The notes under the pieces are model-generated. The model did no database searches. It saw only the letters and a program-made list of their open reading frames with translations, and was not told the DNA's origin. A DNA stretch of 64,000 nucleotides from Bdellovibrionales bacterium (GTDB taxonomy: Bacteria; Bdellovibrionota; Bdellovibrionia; Bdellovibrionales; JAGQZY01), in contig JAGQZY010000003.1 in NCBI GenBank assembly GCA_020435205.1, positions 1,537-65,536 on the forward strand, in the 5' to 3' direction. Shown one piece after another: positions 41,469 through 49,545 of the stretch. Made by a program: the position numbers and the translations under genes. Position 1 is the first letter of the stretch. Each line of letters starts with the position of its first letter.

Positions 41469-43146
41469 TGGCCATTTCTCCACTGGTTGCAGTCCTTTTC
41501 TCAACATAGGCTTTACAAAGACTCATGATCTTTCGTTTGGTGCCGACGAGAGCTTCTATAGGTGTTGGGTGTACATCCTGTTGCTTTCGATACTGTTTAA
41601 GAAGGAATTTCTGCCTTTGCGTCATAAGGTTCTCAATTTTCGTAGTCTCTTCTTGGTCACAGTGAGTAAATACAAGCGCCCATTCATCGATAGAAATATC
41701 AAGGCTCAAATTTTGTAGCACGTTCTCTTCCGATTGAAAGACTTGGTAGAAGGGAAAGCGACTTTGCTTGACCCGATGTGTATCTGGCAAAACGCGATAA
41801 ACTTCCCGTTCATCTTTGGTTACAGCCGTATCAAGGTATTGGATAAGATCGTGTTCAGCGAAGTACTCTTCCACGGTATCTGCACTCTGCAGAGGTTTCA
41901 GTTCAATAGCTTCATCAATAAGTTTTTTAACATTCTTAACCTCAGAACGAGTTGTAGCCTGTTTTGCTCCGAGTAGCTCAGCCCATTGGCCGGGATAAAG
42001 GTACTTGCTGACTTTGATCATAAGGTCTCTGGGAAGAAGTCTAAGAATTGGGGCGGCTTCATCAAATTTTTTATTTTTTAAAAGTTGCCCAAACATTTTA
42101 TGATCAAGACGAGAAAGAACAAGCTCAAGTTCTCTATTTTCTGGATGAGTATGGCTATTTTCCTCTTTTTCAGAGAGTTCTATTCTTAACTTTATATGCA
42201 AAATCGCATCCATAATTTTTGCTGAATTTTGATTCAATTGAGAGGGTTCGGTAATAGCTGTATACCACCACTGCCCCCTTCCATAACGAAAAAGGCTTTT
42301 TACAACAGGGGGAGGAAGCTCCTTAAAAATAGATCCCATTGCATGAGGATACTTATACCCTAGATCTTCAATGGCACGGATCAGTACACCGTTGGGGTTT
42401 TCAAAGACCTGAAGGCAGTCTGAAATCTGACTTTTTATTGAGGCCATTTGTGAGTCCGATAAAACCGGACCGGGTGTTGATATTGAGTCCATAAAGGTTT
42501 GTGGCATCTTGTTAGCAGCTACAGCTGGGTTGGCGGCAAAGGTTTCAGTGGACTTTCCGATATCGGCGAGGGGGCCAGCAATGCCTTTCACCAGGGTTCG
42601 GATTCCATTTTGAAAAGCTATGAAAAACAAGAAAAAACCAAAGAGAAGCAAACCAGCACCAATACCCAAGAAAAGCTTTTTTTGTCGGCTGGTCGTTGTT
42701 GAACCCCAAGATTTTTCGGAAATCTCAACGCGATCATGAATGGGGGACAGCTTTAGGTACTGATAAATCTGATCCCTAAACTGATCTTTTTCAGCCTCCG
42801 CCATATCGCTATCGATATCAATCTTGACGTAGACACTTTTAAGATATCCTAATAGGGTGCCTAGTGACAGATCTTTTCGACTCCAAAAATTGACCTGATC
42901 TTCAGAAACTGAATCCAGATAGGGGAGACTGATTGCGCCGCGATCTGCGCTGTCAGCCAAGCGACGTTCTGGCTGACTGCCATCTGTTTCCACCTTAACG
43001 TAGACTGTAAAAGGCTTTTCTGGGAATCGAGTTTTGATAAAATCTGTTGCCTTTTTAGAGTAGTAGTCCTCGATTTCAACAATTCTTGAGGCATAGCCAT
43101 TGGATGAAAAGAGAATAAGACTGATTAAAATGAGTACATACTTCAT
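41452..43146 (-). CDS. Bitopic/two-pass membrane protein: N-terminal signal or TM, about 135-aa periplasmic domain, TM (about aa 157-178), about 385-aa cytoplasmic domain with FliG-like features
   Basis: MKYVLILISLILFSSNGYA; TM segment KKLFLGIGAGLLLFGFFLFFIAF. An internal repeat reads ELPPPVVKSLFRYGRGQW and LLPRDLMIKVSKYLYPGQW. The C-terminal RFPFYQVF...IENLMTQRQKFLLKQY aligns without gaps to the E. coli FliG MFLFENLV...FLRNMSQRAADILRDD region. The alignment is mine, by eye. Confidence 0.7.
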   Translation of the reverse strand: MKYVLILISLILFSSNGYASRIVEIEDYYSKKATDFIKTRFPEKPFTVYVKVETDGSQPERRLADSADRGAISLPYLDSVSEDQVNFWSRKDLSLGTLLGYLKSVYVKIDIDSDMAEAEKDQFRDQIYQYLKLSPIHDRVEISEKSWGSTTTSRQKKLFLGIGAGLLLFGFFLFFIAFQNGIRTLVKGIAGPLADIGKSTETFAANPAVAANKMPQTFMDSISTPGPVLSDSQMASIKSQISDCLQVFENPNGVLIRAIEDLGYKYPHAMGSIFKELPPPVVKSLFRYGRGQWWYTAITEPSQLNQNSAKIMDAILHIKLRIELSEKEENSHTHPENRELELVLSRLDHKMFGQLLKNKKFDEAAPILRLLPRDLMIKVSKYLYPGQWAELLGAKQATTRSEVKNVKKLIDEAIELKPLQSADTVEEYFAEHDLIQYLDTAVTKDEREVYRVLPDTHRVKQSRFPFYQVFQSEENVLQNLSLDISIDEWALVFTHCDQEETTKIENLMTQRQKFLLKQYRKQQDVHPTPIEALVGTKRKIMSLCKAYVEKRTATSGEMANEASA

Positions 43147-44156
43147 GGCCTTGTCCTTCTATGTTTTAAATTATGTTGGTTCACAACTTTTTCCGCCTGC
43201 TCTTGGGAATAACCCTTTTTTTGTAGCTCAGAGGCCACAGAGCGATCCACAATCTTTTGTAGCAACTCAATATGATTAAGCCGTTCATTGATATTTTGAG
43301 TGATAGCCTTGCTATTAAAAAATGCTTTCATTTTAGCAGAATCAATAACCTCTTTTACCGACTCTACGATTTCGTTGAGATCGCTAAGATGCATCCTATT
43401 TGAGCTTTTCGCAATCGTTGCTGAGGAAACCTCTTCGAAAGGTTTTGCACTTGCATCGATTTCTTCACGACTATCATTTTTAATTTCGCTCGCAGGAACG
43501 GGCTCAATAATAATATCAATTTTTCTTTGCAAGCTAGCCAGATCCCTATCAAAATTTTGATTTTCTTTTGGGGATTCGCCGTAACCAGCGATTCTCAGAT
43601 TTTTCAATTCAATTCCCTGATTATGCAGGAAACGGACAGCCGATATAGAGCGAAAGGCGGAGAGCTCTAAATTATCACTATACTTCCTCTTGGCGCGTAT
43701 AGGCTTTTCATCAGTGTAACCTCTAACCACTAGGCGGAATGCGCCAATATGCTTGGCAATAGCGCGTGAAAAGTCAGAAAGAGCATCTTCGCCTTCTTGG
43801 GTAAGAATATGATTCCCAGAATTGAAGAAGCTCACTCCGGGAAACTCAACCAAAATTCTCTCACCTTTTATATTTGCCTGAATTTTATAGGCACTTTTTG
43901 TATCACTGCTATAAAGAGGGGAGGCGACTTCGCCATGATTACTGAGTTCTGCAGATGGCTTTGTGGGATTCACTTGAGAGACAAAGTATTGGTCCAAGTC
44001 TTTCTTTATGAGATTTAAATTGAAAACTTGTGGCTTAATGTTGAAAAACAAAATAAAGAATCCCAATAGTAAGGTGATCATATCGCCGTAGCTAATGGCC
44101 CAGTTGTTTTCGGCATCTTCAGAACTAAATGGGGCGCGGAGCTTATTTAATTCCAT
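43143..44156 (-). CDS. motB: MotB-family stator protein (OmpA-like peptidoglycan-binding C-domain plus a C-terminal extension of about 100 aa)
   Basis: NNWAISYGDMITLLLGFFILFF is the TM segment with the conserved proton-binding Asp. The OmpA-like region reads FFNSGNHILTQEGEDAL...VVRGYTDEKP...DNLELSAFRSISAVRFL...IAGYGES. Confidence 0.85.
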   Translation of the reverse strand: MELNKLRAPFSSEDAENNWAISYGDMITLLLGFFILFFNIKPQVFNLNLIKKDLDQYFVSQVNPTKPSAELSNHGEVASPLYSSDTKSAYKIQANIKGERILVEFPGVSFFNSGNHILTQEGEDALSDFSRAIAKHIGAFRLVVRGYTDEKPIRAKRKYSDNLELSAFRSISAVRFLHNQGIELKNLRIAGYGESPKENQNFDRDLASLQRKIDIIIEPVPASEIKNDSREEIDASAKPFEEVSSATIAKSSNRMHLSDLNEIVESVKEVIDSAKMKAFFNSKAITQNINERLNHIELLQKIVDRSVASELQKKGYSQEQAEKVVNQHNLKHRRTRP

Positions 44157-44158
44157 GG

Positions 44159-44950
44159 CTAAGCGCTTTCGTTGTAGTGAATTCCGAGTATGTCAATTCT
44201 TTGTTTTGGATCTAGATAAGAGTTGAGCATTTCTTGAACGGTTAGAGCTGATTTCTGATCATGGATCATTAAAAGTCCCTCTAGCAAAAGTTCACGAAAC
44301 ACCTTTTGGTCCTCAGCCTTTTGTAAAAAATGTTCAGAAATAGGCGCTAAAACAAAATTCGAAAACCCAAGGCCATAGAGGGTAGCTGTTAGAGCTAAGG
44401 CCATGTTGAGACCAATTTGTGCGGCGTCGGCACCAGCTCCGACAGATCTCATTAAATTGACTAGACCTAAAACAGTTCCAACCAGACCAAATGCAGGAGG
44501 ATATTTAGCCAGCCTCCGAAAGAGAGTAACAATTTCTTCTTCTCGTTGACGAGCTCTGTAGATTCGTTCTGTTAGAATACTTTTAAACTCTTGTCTTTCT
44601 AGGCCTAATAAAAGCAATTCGATTCCCTCTTTTAGAAAAGGATCAATTTTTTTGTTGTTTAAAAGTGGTCGAACGCTTGCTTTTGAAGCTCCTTCTTGTG
44701 ATGAGGCGCGCACTAATACGTCAATAGATTCAATAGTGTTGGGCCTTCCTGATTTGAGCATAGCAAATGGAGCAAAAAATAATTTTTTCAAATATAAAGG
44801 AGGGAATGAAATCACTGTGGTCGCTAAGGTTCCTCCGAGAACAATGAGCAAGGCCACCTCATCAAAGTAAAAATCTATACTGACGCCCAATATATTTCTG
44901 ACGGTGTACAGAATTCCTAGAATGAGGGTAAATCCGATGAGGTTGTACAC
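44159..44950 (-). CDS. motA: MotA/PomA-family stator protein
   Basis: 263 aa with four TM segments. YPPAFGLVGTVLGLVNLM and ALALTATLYGLGFSNFVLAPI are typical of the MotA/TolQ/ExbB channel family. The size and cytoplasmic loop fit MotA. GTG start overlapping the upstream stop (TAGTG). Confidence 0.85.
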   Translation of the reverse strand: MYNLIGFTLILGILYTVRNILGVSIDFYFDEVALLIVLGGTLATTVISFPPLYLKKLFFAPFAMLKSGRPNTIESIDVLVRASSQEGASKASVRPLLNNKKIDPFLKEGIELLLLGLERQEFKSILTERIYRARQREEEIVTLFRRLAKYPPAFGLVGTVLGLVNLMRSVGAGADAAQIGLNMALALTATLYGLGFSNFVLAPISEHFLQKAEDQKVFRELLLEGLLMIHDQKSALTVQEMLNSYLDPKQRIDILGIHYNESA

Positions 44951-45561
44951 TAGCGATCACTCCTAGGTATTCCGGATTCGATTTTGTTGACCAAATTTTG
45001 AACTTCGATATTGTCAGGGTCGAATTCCAAGGCCTTATAATATGCAGCTAAGGCATCTTGGTGTCTCTGTTGCAGGTAATAGGCATTACCTAAGAGGCTC
45101 CAGCCGACAGCAAAAGATGGGTACTCGCTAACGAGGTTTTGGGCCAAGGATTGGGCTGAGTCATAATTTCTTTTATATAGGTTGGACTGGATACTAGCTA
45201 CCATTCGGCTGACTTTTTCAATTTTGACATTTTCGATCCCACCATTGGCGCTTGCGATCCCTCGGCCCCCTTCGTTCCCATCGAGTTGAGCAAAAATTTG
45301 CGCGTGGGTTGAGAGGGTTCGCTTTTCAAGTATGACTGAGTAAGGCTCAAACCCCGTTTTTTTAATAACAAGATGAACATTTGACCCTTCAATTTGTGAT
45401 ACTGGAATATTAAGTGGGGTCTCGCCAAGCTTCTTAAGGCGCTTGTCGGCTTGGCTGTAGACTTCCGCACCCTGTGGTTGCGAATCCACTTGAACCGTCA
45501 TACTGCTACAGCCGTAGATCAGTATTGGGATGAAAATAATAATTAGGCGAATCCTTGCCAT
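44950..45561 (-). CDS. Lipoprotein with PEGA-like beta-domain and C-terminal TPR repeats
   Basis: Lipobox LIYGC. The PEGA-like region is VQVDSQPQGAEVYSQ...LGETPLNIPV...VHLVIKKTGFEPYSVIL. The TPR region is AVGWSLLGNAYYLQQRHQDALAAYYKALEFDPDN. Confidence 0.7.
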   Translation of the reverse strand: MARIRLIIIFIPILIYGCSSMTVQVDSQPQGAEVYSQADKRLKKLGETPLNIPVSQIEGSNVHLVIKKTGFEPYSVILEKRTLSTHAQIFAQLDGNEGGRGIASANGGIENVKIEKVSRMVASIQSNLYKRNYDSAQSLAQNLVSEYPSFAVGWSLLGNAYYLQQRHQDALAAYYKALEFDPDNIEVQNLVNKIESGIPRSDR

Positions 45562-45591
45562 AACTGGTACTCTCCCTGTTTCTCAATGGAC

Positions 45592-45617
45592 ATATCGGAA
45601 TGATACAGAAAAATTAA
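45592..45617 (-). promoter_or_regulatory. Sigma-28-like promoter candidate for the lipoprotein-motAB operon
   Basis: The minus strand reads TTAATTTT-N10-TCCGATAT versus TAAAGTTT-N11-GCCGATAA (or TAAA-N15-GCCGATAT). It lies about 30 nt upstream of the ATG at 45561, whose SD is GGGAGAG. Confidence 0.4.
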
Positions 45618-45670
45618 ACTGGACCTAGACCTAAAAAATTGTAGCCAAGTATCCAGGGACTACTTTGGTC

Positions 45671-46411
45671 TTACTTGAATAGGTTTTCTAGGTCTTTTTG
45701 TGTCATAGGTCGGTAATCTCCAGGCTTAAGACCCGCTAACTTGAGACTGCCAATTGAGACCCGCTTGAGTTTAACAACGCTAAAGCCAATCTTTTCAAAC
45801 ATCTTTTTCACTTGTCGGTTTTTGCCCTCAGTGATCGTGATTTCAATCCAAGCTTTTTTGTCAGAGCCTCGACTGCTCAGCTTTTTGACTTTCAATGCCT
45901 TCACTTTACCGCCCACAATAGAAACACCTTTAGTCAGCTTTTGTAGTTTTTCGTCATTTGGGATGCCATCAAGTTTGGCATGATAGGTCTTTGGCACTTT
46001 TGATGAAGGATGAGCAATTTCATTGGCAAAATCACCATCGTTTGTCATGAGCAGTAAGCCTTCCGTGTCCCAATCTAAACGTCCAACCGGAAAGATTCTC
46101 TTTTTTACTTTTTTAAAATAATCCAGGACCACCGGTCGACCTTGCGGATCCGCCGTTGAAGTCACTACATTCTTAGGTTTGTTAAACACAAAGTAAACCA
46201 ACTGGGGCTTGGCCATGACTAGCTTCCCTTTAACCTTCACTTTGTCTTTATCAGGGTCAATCTTTACGCCGAGCTCATAGACCGTACGTCCATTCACTTG
46301 CACTAAGCCCTCATCAATCATTTCATCAGCTTTGCGGCGACTGGCTATCCCGTGATCGGCTAAATACTTATTCAAGCGAATGAGGTTAGTTTGTTCTACT
46401 GTTTTGGCCAT
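45671..46411 (-). CDS. Pseudouridine synthase, RsuA/RluB family (S4 domain + catalytic domain)
   Basis: S4 domain RLNKYLADHGIASRRKADEMIDEGLVQVNG and catalytic motif FPVGRLDWDTEGLLLMTNDGDFAN. Confidence 0.88.
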   Translation of the reverse strand: MAKTVEQTNLIRLNKYLADHGIASRRKADEMIDEGLVQVNGRTVYELGVKIDPDKDKVKVKGKLVMAKPQLVYFVFNKPKNVVTSTADPQGRPVVLDYFKKVKKRIFPVGRLDWDTEGLLLMTNDGDFANEIAHPSSKVPKTYHAKLDGIPNDEKLQKLTKGVSIVGGKVKALKVKKLSSRGSDKKAWIEITITEGKNRQVKKMFEKIGFSVVKLKRVSIGSLKLAGLKPGDYRPMTQKDLENLFK

Positions 46412-46415
46412 AGTC

Positions 46416-47339
46416 CTAGAGTCCGATTTCGTTCTCTAGCTGGTCTATCAGGACTTGGATCATATTGTCATTTGTAAAAATGTTATCCAGAGCGGATTTC
46501 CCGCGGTCATAGGCGGCTTGGGCAAAAGATTGGGCTTCGGGGTGGCGCAAGCGAATAAGCTCCACCGCTTTTTCCATAGCATCGATGAGCTCTTGGTAAG
46601 TGGGATCCGATTTGCGGTCGATAAAATATTGTTCAATATGCTTCAATGGGTAGAAAATCGCTGGGTATTGATTGATATTTCCATCCAGTTCCAGCTGTTT
46701 TTGAAAAACAAAGCCACGCACCACTAATCCTTTGGCACGGGTACCATCACTGTAAAAGCGCGCGGTGGTATTTGGCGCGACTTGGATATGATGGATCACC
46801 CCTCGTTTGAGTTCAAAATCGGGCGTGTAATGCAGTTGCAGATCCGTGCATAAAGGTTCAATCTCGCCATTGCGAATGAGCATATTCGCCGTGTTTTGCA
46901 CAACTTGCAATTCGCCATCGGGTTTTTGGATCACAACTAAAAAGTTCTTATCTTTAGTGAGTATCACTCGTTTACGACAATCACTACTGAAATGCTTATC
47001 CACCCACTTTTCAAGAATAGTCACAGTGTCTAAGCTATTCTTGATGGGAACCACTTGCCAGCGATCGGGAAAGCTAAAATCTTTTAAGCTCCAGTTGAGC
47101 ATGTAGGTTTCGTTATAGTGCTGAAGCATATACTGCAGTTCTTGGCTAAGGGCTGAAGCATGATCCTGCCAGTGTTTAAAGCTTAAGGCTCTTCTGCAAA
47201 AATTCTCAATAACCGAAGCCGTGAGCGGCGTGTCTGTATCGCAGTGATGGATCAAATAGTGGTACAAACATAGACGCGTGGCATCTTTGTTGGGCTGGAA
47301 CTGGAGAATATGTCTTGCAAGATGGGTGGTTGTATTCAT
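46416..47339 (-). CDS. Hypothetical cytoplasmic protein (307 aa), no recognised family
   Basis: Long ORF 4 nt upstream of the pseudouridine synthase gene. I recognise no motifs. Confidence 0.65.
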   Translation of the reverse strand: MNTTTHLARHILQFQPNKDATRLCLYHYLIHHCDTDTPLTASVIENFCRRALSFKHWQDHASALSQELQYMLQHYNETYMLNWSLKDFSFPDRWQVVPIKNSLDTVTILEKWVDKHFSSDCRKRVILTKDKNFLVVIQKPDGELQVVQNTANMLIRNGEIEPLCTDLQLHYTPDFELKRGVIHHIQVAPNTTARFYSDGTRAKGLVVRGFVFQKQLELDGNINQYPAIFYPLKHIEQYFIDRKSDPTYQELIDAMEKAVELIRLRHPEAQSFAQAAYDRGKSALDNIFTNDNMIQVLIDQLENEIGL

Positions 47340-47406
47340 AACCTGTTAAAAGAATAGGTGGAATTCCTGGTTCCGTCCACAAAAATGTCTGTATTGAAGG
47401 AGACTT

Positions 47407-47901
47407 GTGAGCCGAAGACTCAATCCTCAGTTATTTGAAGACAAGACCCCGACCTCAGCCGAGGTAGAGATCCCCTATTCTGCGGTGGCCAACCGACGGC
47501 TTGAGGAGCAAATGAAGGGCATGAGAAAGTCCATCTCCCACCTAGAAAGCTTGGTGGAGGTGCTGCAGAGCCAGATGGCCCAGTTCATCACTACCAGTGA
47601 CAAGCGTACCGAGGCCTTTTCGAAAGCCATTTCCGAGCTGGAAAGATCCAGCCATAATCAGGACCTTGAGCTAGCTCGCAAGACCCGCCATCTGCAGGAG
47701 CAGCTGGCCGAGCGCCGGTCTGTGGATGCGAAAACCGAAGCTATGGTGGATCGCTTCAACATGAATTTGCAGCAGTTTGAAAACAAGCTAATGACTTTGC
47801 AAAAAGTGCTATCGGAAAAAGAGATGACCTTGATGTCCTATCGCCGAGTCATCGAACAAATCGTCGACGAAGTCGAAAAACTTAAAGCGTCCCGTTACTA
47901 G
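47407..47901 (+). CDS. Coiled-coil protein (164 aa)
   Basis: GTG start. Heptad-rich sequence (SISHLESLVEVLQSQMAQF..., LQQFENKLMTLQKVLSEKEMTL...). The 3' end overlaps the convergent dsbD gene by 20 nt. Confidence 0.6.
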   Translation: MSRRLNPQLFEDKTPTSAEVEIPYSAVANRRLEEQMKGMRKSISHLESLVEVLQSQMAQFITTSDKRTEAFSKAISELERSSHNQDLELARKTRHLQEQLAERRSVDAKTEAMVDRFNMNLQQFENKLMTLQKVLSEKEMTLMSYRRVIEQIVDEVEKLKASRY

Positions 47902-49465
47902 GTTTTTTTGTCGCCTGATTCATACGTTCAATGAATTCGGGGGCCTCTTCAAATCCAGTTAAGATGAGGTCATCTCGGATGAGGCCATCTGAGCCGATAA
48001 AAATCATGGTGGGCAGACCGTAGACCTTATACTTCACTTGCCAATCTTTGAGTTCCGGAAAAGGGCTGGTCGCATCCACTTTCAACATCACAAACTGTCG
48101 GCTTTTGTTGATCACACTTTGATCGCTAAAAGTGAACTGATCCATTTCCACGCAGGAGACGCACCAGTCGGCATAAAAATCAATGATCACGGGCCTTCCC
48201 GCGGCTTTGGCTTCAATCACTTTTTGTGGATCGAATTTGATCCATTTGACCCCCGCACTTTCCTCGGCTGGAGCCGAGACGAGATAGGGCTTTGCGAGCG
48301 GCCAAACGTAGTAGGCGGAAAGAGCAAACAAGCAGATCGCAAGAATCACCTTTACGCGATTCATCCACATTCCAGAGCGTGGGATTTTATTGGCGAGGTG
48401 GCTAAAAGTTCCCAGAATTAAAAACAAAAGGCCGAAACCCATTGCAAAAGTAAAGAGGAGGAGGAAGCCAAGCACACTATCTTGGGATTGGGCAATATAT
48501 GCCAAGACTCCCACCAGAACGGGACCCACGCAGGGGCTAGCAATCACGCCCGCAAGGAGGCCAGAGACAAAGGCTCCTAGCGGACTCTTTTTTACATTCA
48601 CGGCGCCGAAGCGATTGCGAATGGAGGCGGGTGCTTGAATTTCAAAAAGACCAAGTAGACTCAGCCCCATGATAAAAAAGACAAGGCTCATACTGATGAT
48701 GACAGCGGGATGACGAATGAGCGAGCCAAACAACTGCCCAGTTTGTGCGGCGATGACCCCGAGTAAGGCGTAGGTGAGACCAATTCCCACGACGTAGCTA
48801 AGGCTCATCACAAAGGACTGCAAGTGGGTCCTTTCTTTTTCCGTGCCCAAAACCGCTAAAGTGATGGGAATAAGCGGATAAACACAAGGTGTAAGAGAGG
48901 TCAAAAAGCCAAAAAAGAAAATTAATAAAAAAGCGTAGGATAAGTTGCCCTCAATTTGTTTTTGTATAAAAGAGGAAGAAGTTTTGTCCTCTTCTTTTTT
49001 GGCAGCGCCACCAATGTCAGTATTGATTTCTAGTTTTAAAATTCTGGGTGTCAGACAAATTTTATCTGTACAGGCAATGTAAGTTAGATCAGCAAAAACT
49101 TCTGTTGCCGGTCCTTCAAACAATTCGTTGAGTTGAAGCTGGGCCTTCAAAGTGGCTTTTCCTCGCACCCCGGTTTTCTTCTTCTTGCTAATCTTGTCTT
49201 CAAACTCCACTAAAGGCTCAACAAAAACTTCACCCACTTCGATTCCGGTAGGCTGTGTAATCACCAACTTAAATTTGTCACCATAGGCGGAGAACCCATC
49301 TTGCAAGTTCATTTCCACCTGCATTTCCATCCAAGGGTGATCGCTTTCAGGGTTCTGAATTTTAATGAAGCCGTGCCCAGAAAGAGGGTTCAAGTTAGCT
49401 AACTCAGCATTGGTGAAGCCGCTACAGAGGAGGAAAATAAGGGGCAAAAGATATAAGCGCAACAT
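47882..49465 (-). CDS. dsbD: Thiol:disulfide interchange protein DsbD (N-domain, CcdA-type membrane core, C-terminal thioredoxin)
   Basis: LTSLTPCVYPLIPITL and VIASPCVGPVLVG are the two membrane Cys motifs; the thioredoxin motif is FYADWCVSCVEMD. Start at the ATG 49465 gives the signal peptide MLRLYLLPLIFLLCSGFTNA; the ORF-track start at 49540 adds 25 aa. Confidence 0.9.
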   Translation of the reverse strand: MLRLYLLPLIFLLCSGFTNAELANLNPLSGHGFIKIQNPESDHPWMEMQVEMNLQDGFSAYGDKFKLVITQPTGIEVGEVFVEPLVEFEDKISKKKKTGVRGKATLKAQLQLNELFEGPATEVFADLTYIACTDKICLTPRILKLEINTDIGGAAKKEEDKTSSSFIQKQIEGNLSYAFLLIFFFGFLTSLTPCVYPLIPITLAVLGTEKERTHLQSFVMSLSYVVGIGLTYALLGVIAAQTGQLFGSLIRHPAVIISMSLVFFIMGLSLLGLFEIQAPASIRNRFGAVNVKKSPLGAFVSGLLAGVIASPCVGPVLVGVLAYIAQSQDSVLGFLLLFTFAMGFGLLFLILGTFSHLANKIPRSGMWMNRVKVILAICLFALSAYYVWPLAKPYLVSAPAEESAGVKWIKFDPQKVIEAKAAGRPVIIDFYADWCVSCVEMDQFTFSDQSVINKSRQFVMLKVDATSPFPELKDWQVKYKVYGLPTMIFIGSDGLIRDDLILTGFEEAPEFIERMNQATKKPSNGTL

Positions 49466-49545
49466 GGATCTATCATATACAATCCAGCCCCTGGTTTCAA
49501 TGAAATGCTTGGAATTATGGGTGGGATGAGATAGGACCATAGCTT

